Assembly (NCBI RefSeq): GCF_006345805.1
Contig: NC_043009.1
Coordinates: 35,216,001-35,280,000, forward strand
DNA: 64,000 nt
From: Octopus sinensis
Lineage: Eukaryota
Direction of reading: 5' to 3'
Part shown: positions 26,590 to 38,008 of the stretch, one piece after another
How positions within the stretch are numbered: position 1 is the first letter of the stretch
Layout of the letters: the number at the start of each line of letters is the position of its first letter
Program-made: the position numbers and the translations under genes
Notes under the pieces: generated by a model
Seen by the model: only the letters and a program-made list of their open reading frames with translations
What the model was told of the DNA's origin: nothing
The model's database searches: none

Positions 26590-26830
26590 ATATATATGTG
26601 TGTGTGTGTATGTATATTTTTGTGTGTCTGTGTTTGTCAACCCCCACCGCCGCAGCGTCACTTGAAATCTATTTTTGTGTGTTTATGTGACCGTAATTAG
26701 CAGTTCGGCAATGGAGAACGATAGAATAACTACTAGGCTTACAAAGAATAAGTTCTCGGGTCGATTTGTTCGACTAAAGGCGATGACCAGCATGGCCGCA
26801 GTCAAATGACTAAAACAAGTAAAAGAATAA
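26335..26830 (+). mobile_element. SINE family A, full length, expanded internal (CT)n/(TA)n/(TG)n
   Basis: Head and tail match 16394-16800. Confidence 0.88.
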
Positions 26831-27183
26831 AGGAATATAAAAGAATATAGGATGATATTTTCAGGAGCCGAAAGAATCAGGTATTTAAATAGTAAAAGCA
26901 CCAAAGTAGAGTCGGGTATAACGCACCTGTGCACTAACTGTTTTTACGGACAATCAATACTTAACTAAAGTAAATACGGAATTGGCCTTCCAGTTATGCA
27001 TAACATCCACACGTACTGACTGAATACCAGTATCATCAAAGTCACACATCGGTACACTCACTGCCCATATTCCACAGTCGAGAATTGCCTCTAGATCCAA
27101 CGTATGGAAGGTTCGGAATTAGGTGAAGAATAAAGAAATAACACACTCACACACACACACACACATACACATACACACACACA

Positions 27184-27226
<43 letters not shown>

Positions 27227-27816
27227 TATATAAATATGCATAAGCACATTGCTTCTAATTACCTGTATATATTGCAATGTTAAGCATTTCAGGTATCACA
27301 ATATTCTCTTAGTAAGTGCGGTTTATAGACATCAAAGAAGAAAGAACCTTCTGGCTACCTATAATGGGAAGTTCTATTATAAATTCATGTCTTACTATAT
27401 TAGATATGCATTACAATAAAAGCATACTAATTGGCCATGGAATCGGTTAATCTTCATGCTTTAAGGCCAGATTACTTCGGTCATGCCGAGAATATCTTGG
27501 GTTTAATGGACACACTAAAGCATGCTCATATATATATATATGGGACATGATATACACATTGCATAGATATAACATAGTTACGTATGAACTGTACGGATGC
27601 TTTGTCGCCTTGTAAACAATAGGTTTTCGAAGAATATAAATCTACAAAGAATGTGTTTTATTTAGAAATAAAAGCACAATCAATGAAAAAGAATTTTCGA
27701 TAGCCTATTTGATACTTTGTACAATGTCATAGCATTTATTTTTGATCTTGCCATAAATACAACGTACTCTGCAATGTTCATACGGAATAAAATGCTTCGC
27801 GTGGTTACAAATTGCC

Positions 27817-28222
27817 TACTCTTTTACTCTTTTACTTGTTTCAGTCATTTGACTGCGGCCATGCTGGAGCACCGCCTTTAGGCGAGCAACTCGACCCCCG
27901 GGACTTATTCCTTTTGTAAGGCCAGTACTTATTCTATCGGTCTCTTTTGCCGAACCGCTAAGTGACGGGGACGTAAACACACCAGCATCGGTTGTCAAGC
28001 AATGCTAGGGGGACAAACACAGACACACAGACACACACACATATATATATACACATATATACGACAGGCTTCTTTCAGTTTCCGTCTACCAAATCCACTC
28101 ACAAGGCATTGGTCGACCCGGGGCTATAGCAGAAGACACTTGCCCAAGATGCCACGCAGTGGGACTGAACCCGGAACCATGTGGTTGGTTAGTAAGCTAC
28201 TTACCACACATCCACTCCTGCC
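27817..28222 (-). mobile_element. SINE family A, full length
   Basis: Reverse complement of the family A consensus, with a tactcttt tail repeat. Confidence 0.9.
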
Positions 28223-28614
28223 TGTATACATAATCGCGATAAAATCATATTGTATATTACAAATATTAAAATGCGGGGGAGAAAGTAGCCCAACAGTCTT
28301 AGAATATAAGTATACATTAATTGAAATATATAAAAGACATATGCACGCACGCACACACACACACATACACACACACACACACACACAAACACACGTTAAT
28401 ATACGTCTCTATGCATGTAGGTTAAGCATAATTATTGCATGTATTTGTGTACGTGTACGTTGTAAATTACCCATCGCGTGTAACATAGAATTGCATTAAA
28501 TTACGAAAGATGTAGTCTGATTAAATATTCACTAACAAACCATGGAACTAATGCTGCGTACTTATGTTGTTATTCATACATAAACCCAAACAATAGTATA
28601 CGCATCTACACGCC

Positions 28615-28636
28615 TACATTATATACATACATATAC

Positions 28637-28674
<38 letters not shown>

Positions 28675-28745
28675 TATATATATATACACATTTATATATA
28701 TATATACATATGCATATATATATATATATACACATATACATATAC

Positions 28746-28795
<50 letters not shown>

Positions 28796-28799
28796 GCAC

Positions 28800-28852
<53 letters not shown>

Positions 28853-28859
28853 CACACAT

Positions 28860-28917
<58 letters not shown>

Positions 28918-28940
28918 ATACATGTAATTACATATATATC
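28615..28940. repeat. Long compound (TA)n/(CA)n microsatellite
   Basis: Direct reading of the sequence. Confidence 0.95.
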
Positions 28941-29128
28941 GAGATAAGTATGCAGCATCAGTTCCATGTTTTGTTAGTGAATATTTAATCAATCTACATC
29001 TTTCGTAATCTAATGCAGTTCTATGTTACATGCGACGAGTAATTCAGAACGTTTAAGTACGCACATTATACGATAATTAAGTTTAAGTTACATGCGTACC
29101 GGCGTACATGAACGTCTGTGTCTGTGTG

Positions 29129-29220
<92 letters not shown>

Positions 29221-29379
29221 ACACATACACAATACTATAGCTTGCTCCATGTTATTCTTTTTAAGAACCTTGCCCTGCAATTCATTTATTTTTATTAAGT
29301 TAGCTCTAGCTGCAAGGATTAACATGACTTATAATACTTATGGCCTTAGAATGAGGTGGAAATAGAAATTAAAGCTATC

Positions 29380-29965
29380 GAAAATTTGGAGTAATCCTAC
29401 CGTGGAAACTGAAAAAAAAATGGAGCAGAGCAGACCGGATATAAGAAGCTATGTTACAATAACAGTGTATGTCCATTTCCCACCAGACTAAAAGAATAAA
29501 AGCACTTTTTACTGACTTGTCATGTGTATTCTTCAAATGCTGGTACAATACATGATATAGCCCATTAATTTTGACCCTTGGAACCAGGTCAAACATTATT
29601 TGAGAACCATCCTGGAAGACTGCAACATAATCTGTGACTATTCAGCAAAAATTATCCGAAAAGTTCTCAACGTAATATAAAGGAGATATGTGGAACAGAA
29701 AAACATCAGCAAAAGGCTCAAAATACTCTCCATCGTACAACACGAGTTGTTCCGAATAATGATACGAATACAACTCACATGAAAGGTACATTACATGAAT
29801 ACCCAATAAAATAACACAGCGTATAGTACATACTCCACAAAAAAACGCAAGAAACACTAATAAAATACAAGAAAGAGTTTCGCAAGCCCAATATCAAAAT
29901 AAAGTGATGCACTACGACAATAAGAGAAATCGATACTTATTCAACAAACACAAAAACGGTTCCTT
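29380..29965 (+). mobile_element. Decayed 3' end of a second R4-type RLE element
   Basis: KIWSNPTVETEKKMEQSRPDI (RLE PD motif) ... AKIIRKVLNVI*, then ~290 bp of putative 3' UTR ending in aataataacaacaac. Confidence 0.65.
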
Positions 29966-30010
29966 AATAATAACAACAACAGCAACAACAACAACAACAA
30001 CAATAATAAA

Positions 30011-30537
30011 TGCCTTGATGCAGTACGAGGCAGTGACTCGCATGGCTTCTCATCTTAACTGATTGGGAGTGCTATCATGTACATGTTTTGTCTTGCTATA
30101 AAAGATCGGCTACAGCAAATATTCTGCTCAATACCACAGATTTGCTCGTCAGTTTCATGACCTTAGCTAGTTGAGCATGTCTCTTAGTAGTTGACCATAT
30201 GTGCATGTCTGATCACGAGCAGAACTAGTGGTCATGTGTTGAGAAGAATTATTTGGGGTTTGGATAATTCACCTTTGGAAACATGGGTGTTTTGTCCAAA
30301 ATCCTTAAGCGACCTTTTGAGTGTGATGGGCTACTCAACCCGAGGAAAATTCTAACTGCACCCCAACTGCAAAGTCATGCGCTGTCTATTTTGATATTAA
30401 ATCACTATGTCACGCACGTATGGTTGTAATGCATGTGCCTGGTGTACACTGATCAGGTGGATTGTCATGATGAGTATACTGGGCGTCGTATATTGCACAT
30501 GAGTCTCAATTTGATGGCATGCACTGCTCTCTCACTC
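30011..30537. mobile_element. ~527-bp non-coding interspersed element flanked by (AAT/AAC)n on both sides
   Basis: A discrete, GC-richer, ORF-less block bounded precisely by AAT-type tracts. Element status is inferred from the boundaries; only one copy is in the window. Confidence 0.5.
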
Positions 30538-30550
30538 AATAATAATAATA

Positions 30551-30631
<81 letters not shown>

Positions 30632-30659
30632 GCAACAACAGCAACAATAATAATAATAT

Positions 30660-31490
30660 CTTTGCAGGACCAAGTAAACAAAACAACCAGAAACAACATA
30701 TATACTCTCTCTGGTGACCAAATCATTGCAGACGAACAAGCTAAGAAGATTACCAACAATTTAGAGAAAATTGATAATGTTGTTAACAAGACAAGTGATC
30801 TGAAAAAACTTGAAGAACAAATAATCGCTGAAAATATGTACAAGAAAGTATACGGTGACTTTCTTAAGAAAATGACAAAATAAGCTGCCAGGTGAACAAT
30901 GCCGTCAAATCAATCATAAAACGAAAACGGACTAAACATTATATGATTGAATGATGCATTGTATGCTACTGCTAGAATCTTTGGCGTTCAACTGTAAAAA
31001 GGGATTGGCAAATAAAAGACCGACGTGAGAAGAAAAGCATCAAGAAAAAATTATTGCTCTCCGAACTTATATAGAAATATTGAAAATGTTAAGCAACAAT
31101 CATGATATAAAACTACCCAAGAAGAGAAGGATAATGCACATTCGAATTGAAGTCTGAATACTAGTTTGCTGAAGTACACATAAAGCAAAAGCTGCAGGCC
31201 AAAACCGCGCGTCAAAAAAATGATCCATGCTTTTCAAAGTTAACAGCGCGTTTAAAAATAACCCAAAGATGTTCTATTGGCATGTTGCAAAGACCACCAT
31301 CAAAATAGAAGTTTCCTCAGAGCATGAAATACTGGAGTTCTGGAGAAAAAATTGGGATAGATGAAATGGAGTGCAACTGCGATGCCCCAAGGATTAATAG
31401 ACCGGAAGACGAGCTTATAAAAGAGCAAATGGGAAAAGGGATATGTGTGTATAATGTCTAACTCACATGAAAAATGTTCAGTAAATGGAA
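30660..31490 (+). mobile_element. R4/Dong-type ORF, pre-RT internal fragment
   Basis: Starts directly after (AAT)n 30538-30657. Frameshifted motifs KQKLQAKTAR...FKNNPKMFY...P..EILEFWRK.W..HNCDAPRI are typical of the region upstream of R4-clade RT. Confidence 0.65.
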
Positions 31491-31521
31491 GTCACCAGTT
31501 ATGGATAAGATTTCAAACTAT

Positions 31522-31724
31522 GGCGTAGGAGTGGCTGTGTGGTAAGTAGCTTGCTTACCAACCACATGGTTCCGGGTTCAGTCCCACTGCGTGGCACCTT
31601 GGGCAAGTGTCTTCTACTATAGCCTCGGGCCGACCAAAGCCTTGTGAGTGGATTTGGTAGACGAAAACTGAAAGAAGCCCGTCGTATATATGTATATATA
31701 TATATATAATATATATATATATAT

Positions 31725-31759
<35 letters not shown>

Positions 31760-31968
31760 ACGTGTTTGTGAGTTTGTTCCCCCAACATTGTGCGTTTACG
31801 TCCCCGTAACTTAGCGGTTCGGCAAAAGAGACCGATAGAATAGGTACTAGGCTTCCAAAGAATATGTCCTGGGGTCGATCCGCTCGACTAAAGGCGGTGT
31901 TCCAGCATGGCCACGGTCACATGACTGAAACAAGTAAAAGAGGGTAAAAGAGACTAAAGAGTAAAGAG
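31522..31968 (+). mobile_element. SINE family A, full length
   Basis: ggcgtaggagtggctgtgtggtaagtagc...tgactgaaacaagtaaaagag plus a taaagag tail repeat. Confidence 0.92.
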
Positions 31969-32049
31969 TATAGCTCAATGTGTTTACAAACTCACAGATC
32001 AAGAAACTAACTTGTTGCTACAGTGCATTTAAGAAGAAACTGCCGAAGA

Positions 32050-32775
32050 CGCTAGAATGGCTGGTCAACGTTGTCACTTTTTTTCCTCCCCCAAAATTAT
32101 GAAACCCATAAGAGACACAAGTACCTCCCTCCCCCAATTTACCAAAGCCTTAACGCCCGACCTTTCCCCTCAAACTGACACTTACCAAGAAGAATACTGG
32201 CATCTTATCTTTATTTTTATTTATATATATTTTTTGATTTTTGATTTTACTTTTATTTTCGCTCTCATTCATTCTTTGCCACACCTATCCCATTCCTTTT
32301 ATTTCTCGTTTGCTCTTCTCTCTTCTATTCACTCACTCGCAACCCATTTCTGTCTAGCTTGATTTCTGTCTTTCTCAATCTTTATATCCACGTGGACCAT
32401 TTACATACAAGCTAACCACTTAATCCATTACTTGAACATGAACGCATCATTTAGAATACTGAAAAAAAACTGCTTGGATTTACCTGGGATTATACCTAAG
32501 GAATTATGGAATTACGGACCAACCTCTAAACCCCCTGGAAAAAGATAAACTGTGAACTTTATTCTACTGTCTGTATTCTTCTATCTACTTTTACACTTTA
32601 TTCTTCTATTTAACTCCTTACAAACTGTGAATTTCCCCGCGGAGAACTTTCATACATATTCACTTTGTCTCTGATGACAAAAGAGTTAGTGTGCGGACAT
32701 GCTATCCTATCACTTGGGATATCACCGAAACAGCTGTAAGACTTCATATTCACCTTATTTCAATTAAATTATTGT
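32050..32775 (+). mobile_element. Penelope-like 3' region (pLTR-like) with hammerhead motif
   Basis: Pyrimidine-rich UTR, similarity to 23905-24240, and a hammerhead motif at 32667-32742. No coding motif is securely read. Confidence 0.5.
32667..32742 (+). ncRNA. Minimal type-I hammerhead ribozyme motif with enlarged domain II
   Basis: Stem I GTCT/AGAC; intact CTGATGA (32671-77); GAAAC-AGCT-GTA (32727-38). The 49-nt domain II contains a TATCC/GGATA hairpin but has a poorly paired base. Confidence 0.7.
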
Positions 32776-32827
32776 AAATGACTTACGATACTCGGCCTGC
32801 CTTGGAGTTTGTTGTCCTTTTCCCTCT

Positions 32828-32973
32828 AATATAATATAAAATACTACAATATAATATAATATAATATAATATAATATAATATAATATAATATAATATAAT
32901 ATAATATAGTATAATATAATATGACATAATATAATATAATAATATAATATAATATATATAATATAATAATATA

Positions 32974-32980
<7 letters not shown>
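32828..32980. repeat. (ATATA)n pentanucleotide microsatellite
   Basis: Direct reading of the sequence. Confidence 0.9.
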
Positions 32981-33015
<35 letters not shown>

Positions 33016-33509
33016 AATATAAATTCCGTTTTTTCAATCAGATTTTTAAGATAAATTTTCTTTCGACGTGTGGTTATATTTTTCATTGAGAACGGTAGAT
33101 GGCAATGCTCCATACTGACATACGAGTTTGTGGACAAAACACATCAAGATGTGGGAAAAAAGAACAGGTGTGTTGTAGCAAATATGAAAAATAGAACTCA
33201 AAGTATTAATCTATGTATATTTTTATTAATATTTAGCAGAAGCAACGGAGTGACTCAAGGCACAATAATTCCGTGCGTCAGCACATATCAACGATAAGCT
33301 TTATCAACAAGCTTGAACGTCAGCTTATAGAATTGTCATCTACCGTACTCAATGAAAAATATTCTCATACCTCCAAAGGAACTCATTCCACTCGCAAAAT
33401 ACTGTATGCTTTTTCCAGCGACAAACTGTTACTGATCTCGAAAAAGGAGAAATAAGTTATAATAAATCTCTGAGCGAGATATAAACAGTAGCAATACGGA
33501 ATCGTAACA

Positions 33510-33714
33510 TATAATTGCCAACAAAGTGTGGCGTCCTATACAGGAGAGTGCTACTGACGTTTATAGCCCCAGGAAGATATCTATTCCAGCTGGCTAACAA
33601 CACACATTCTGATTGGACACAGAATGTATGTCGTTAGCCAGCAGGAGGAGATGTCTTCCTGGGGCTATAAACGACAGTAGCACCCTGCTGTATAGGATGC
33701 CACACTTGGTTGGC

Positions 33715-33722
<8 letters not shown>
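33510..33722. mobile_element. Palindromic MITE-like fold-back element, ~100-bp arms, 8-nt loop
   Basis: taattgccaacaaagtgtggcgtcctatacagg...cattctg-attggaca-cagaatg...ccacacttggttggcaatta; TA at both ends. Confidence 0.85.
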
Positions 33723-33763
<41 letters not shown>

Positions 33764-33905
33764 CGAGCAGACCATCAGATCTTGTTACACATCGCTGGTC
33801 ACATTGCACTTTTGCATCGTTTTAGCTTTCAAATGAAGCCACTCTGCTGGCTAAGCGAGCAAGCCAACAATCCCCACCATACCGACATACACACACATAC
33901 ACACA

Positions 33906-33990
<85 letters not shown>

Positions 33991-36018
33991 TAAATTAGAT
34001 ACTGCAACCTCATTCATGAGGAATACAGTGCGCAATAATTTATAAATAATGAAATATTAAAAACAAAATTTATGTTATAATATCAATTTGTTTTAAATCG
34101 TACCGTACGTTGTCAGTAATTTTAACTAACATCATATTAGAGATTTTTGATATATTTGAAATATTTTACTGTGGTATAATATTGTATAATAGCTAGTAAT
34201 TTATAGCTTCCTGGAAGTCATCAATCAGCAAGAAATTAAAGTTTTGGAAACGTTGAAACACAAGTATAATTGTGTTTTGTTTATCTCTAATTTCATAACA
34301 TTAACCTAATGACAGTTCGTTGACAGTCGATAACACGGCAACAGAAGGTTTTTATAACTCATTTAACTACCGGTCAGGCTCGATCAAGCAATCATAAACA
34401 GTATTGTGATTTATCATTTCAGCGTTTTAATGTATCCGTTAAGGCATAATAAAGTGTGATATTAGGATATCTTGGCAGCCGTTCCCAGTCGTTCAAACTT
34501 TTTGATACAAGCTTTCCAGTTATTCCGCAGAAGAATATGAGAATAGGATGCACTGCATCCTTTTCAATTGCCTCTTCATTCGCAACTGTCTTGTCGTCTT
34601 CGATTTGCAAATGATTAAAGACGAACAGTAACTGCATTAATCTAACCTGTTTGGGAGGTGGCCATGATCAGTAAGCTGCCTGTTCTAGTTGAGAAAATGA
34701 CTAAAACTTGAGTTTAATTCGTTTAAATTAATTAGTGTTAATATATTGAAACATTGTTGAAAGCAGAATATCGATGGTAAATATAACATGAGTTACATTC
34801 TCTTGGAGTATGTGAGCAAAATAATGAGTTGCTTTTGTACTAAGTTCTTATGATAAAGTAGTACTATGACAAGAAGTATTCAATCTGTAACTATCTCGAA
34901 TTTTAGGAGTATCTACGATTATATGATGTAATGTGTAATTCCTTTACTACAGTAGTGCATAATATAATATAAGGGATATTTGATTGCTTTTTTTCTGTGT
35001 CAGTCGATCAGGTAAATGCTTCGTTGTTGGTTCATGATATGAAGTATTATGGTAGTGCCAAGAATGGTTCTTTTACACATCAGGCACATACCATGAAGTC
35101 CACAGCAAACGATTCTACAAGGATTTTTTCATGACAACATCTAGAACAGCGTCGCAAATTTCGAGAGGAGTCTGCAATATCAAATGTTATTTTGTGTTGA
35201 CGGGGTTGCAACAGAACTAATTATTCACATTCTGATAAAATGGATAGAGTATATCTTGTGAATGCAGGTAGTCAATGGAATGACCAGGCATTGTAGTAGC
35301 TCGTGGATCCACATGAAGTTTCAATGTTATTGGTTAGGGTTCAAACTACGAGGTAAATCCAAAGTTACAGTATAGAAGTCATGTGAAGACTGATAAAAAT
35401 GATTCCAGTGGTGACCATGACGTCTTGTTTCACACATTGCAATTATTCTAGGATTACATTATACAGCCTATTCTTCAAATCAGTAGACAGCAGGATGCAA
35501 ATTAAGGGAGCCCCTCGTCCCCCACTTGAGGTAAGGCAGTTTTTAGTATTTGGTATTGCATAGAGCCAGTTCAGACTTCATTGAAAACATTCTGACCAAA
35601 GTCGTTCCATCCATGACGCATTAATCTAGACGACATTAAAGAGAACTGTGATAATAGGTATTGCACCCACGACAATGATATCTCATTTTGGATGACATAT
35701 ACACGATAAATGGTAGAGCAAATCTGTGCTTGGTCATTGGGTGCTTTTAAAGGAATCTACTTTGGTCTTGGGACGGTGCTGTTAGAGGAAACCACTCTGT
35801 TGGCAGGATACGTATGAGTTCTCCAGAGTGAGGATAAGCACGACATTTCACCTGTTGCTTCAGTTCCTAAAACTCTGCTATTGTTTCTTCCTACCTTTGT
35901 CCATACCAGCATCAAGAACCCTACAAAAGTATTAGAGGCTCCCCCTCCTCTATTTATTCAATCGTTTGAAAATGACTTTTTCTTTGTATATCAAGTGTCT
36001 GAAATGAGTCCTTAAATA

Positions 36019-36071
<53 letters not shown>

Positions 36072-37599
36072 TTTTGAAAACTTGGAAGGTTAATTCAAAA
36101 GTAAATTATTGGATAAATACTTTCTAGGTTTATACAGAGTAAGTACTTGAGAGAATACATCGCTAAGGATGATCACTTGCATTGAAGAACGTGTGTGTGT
36201 TTGTGTGTGTTTCTAGTGTTTCTCTGTGTGTGCGTTGTGTGAGTGTGTGCGAGAGAAAATGAAATAAAGACCTGGCATACTTGGGCTTTTCAATTGTCAA
36301 ATCCCAACAAAGGAAAATATATAATCACATGTTTGAGACCAAACAAGATAACCATATGAGAATCAAATACTATCACACAATATGATAAAGAAAACTGGTG
36401 AAACTACAATGTTGGCGGCTAATTCCTCTAAACGTCTTAAATCTTCTAATTGATTCCATGTAACATTATTGGCAACAGATCCCAGAAAATAAACCTGAAG
36501 GAAGCAGTTAATTATAAAACAATTATTAATACAACAATGTTTTTTTTCTGTTTTTTTTTGGAAATTATTAATATGAAACGATTATTAATGTTTAAATTAA
36601 TTTTGAATTTTTTACAAGAACCGTATTAGTTACACAGTTTTTTTTAAAAACAAATCATTACTAATAAGTGCAAAATAAAAGATGGCTGTCTGTTAATAAT
36701 TCAGTTATTTAATAACCTGTGTACTTTTATAAGTATATGCATTCACACATAGAGACAGACACACCTACAAACTCAGGTCCAGTTATTAATTTTATTTAAT
36801 AAATGATGCACAAAAGGGTTGCTATTAACTGGTTTCCAAATAGCCAATCACTACTTGAGGGACAATGGCCAGAGAGGGTATGTGTCTTGTTGCTGAATCT
36901 TGTATGTATCTTGTATCTTGTCGTAAAGTACTGATTTTCAAAATATTTTTAATTGGCTTACCCATCTTTTACTGTCATGAATATATGTAAATTTTGTGAT
37001 ATTCCATTGTAAAAAATGACAGAAAATTAAAAAAATGTATACCGTATATCTTGCGAATGCAGGTAGGCAATGGAATGACCAGACATTGTGGTAGATCGTG
37101 GCTCCACATAGAGTTTCAATGTTATTAGTTCATGCTTCAGACTACGAGGTAAAACCGTAGTTACAGTACAGAAGTCACGTGATAACTGATAAAAATGATT
37201 CCAGTGGTGACCATGCCGTCTTGTTTCACACCCTGCAATTATTTTACTATTAAATTTTGCTCCATTATCTTAACCTATTACTTCAGAAGCGTCACAAGAA
37301 TAGAGATGCATGAGGCTTTCAACTGGATATCTTCGATCCACTTTTTTGGAAGGGCTGCAACTAAATACTTAGTGACACCTATGGGGTCCCCTCTTGTTCA
37401 ATACAAACTTCATGTTTTCTTTACTCTCTCTTTTTTATGTGCTAGTAATAGATTTTTGTGCTGAGAACATGCAAAAATGATGCATACCCAGCATGCACAT
37501 AAATACTTTCACAAACAATTTGCACCGTCAAAACATTTTGGTTCACATTTCCGCCTGTTCTCAAGATAGTCAAACCAAATTTTCATCCCTTGAGCCACC

Positions 37600-38008
37600 T
37601 CTCTTTTACTCTCTTTTACTTGTTTCAGTCATTTGACTATGGCAATGCTGGGGCACCGCCTTTAGTCAAGCAAATCGACCCCAGGACTTATACTTTGTAA
37701 GCCTAGTACTTATTCTATCGGTTTATTTTGCCGAACCCATTAGTTACGGGGACGTAAACACATCAGCATCGGTTGTCAAGCGATGTGGGGAGGACAAAAA
37801 AGACATACAAACACACACACATATATATATATATATACATAGATACGACGGGCTTCTTTCAGTTTCCATCTACTAAATCCACTCACAATGTTTTGGTCGG
37901 TCCGAGGCTATAGTAGAAGACACTTGCCCAAGGTGCCACGCAGTGGGACTGAACCCAGAACCATGTGGTTTGTAAACAAGCTACTTGCCACACAACCACT
38001 CCTGCGCC
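37600..38008 (-). mobile_element. SINE family A, full length
   Basis: Reverse complement of the family A consensus. Confidence 0.9.

Noticed and set aside
35268-35532. Cys-loop receptor-like W-N-D-x-x-L-x-W motif and apparent splice sites
   Set aside because: It requires repairing stop codons, the intron position is atypical, and no Cys-loop was found; kept only as an unassigned decayed ORF.
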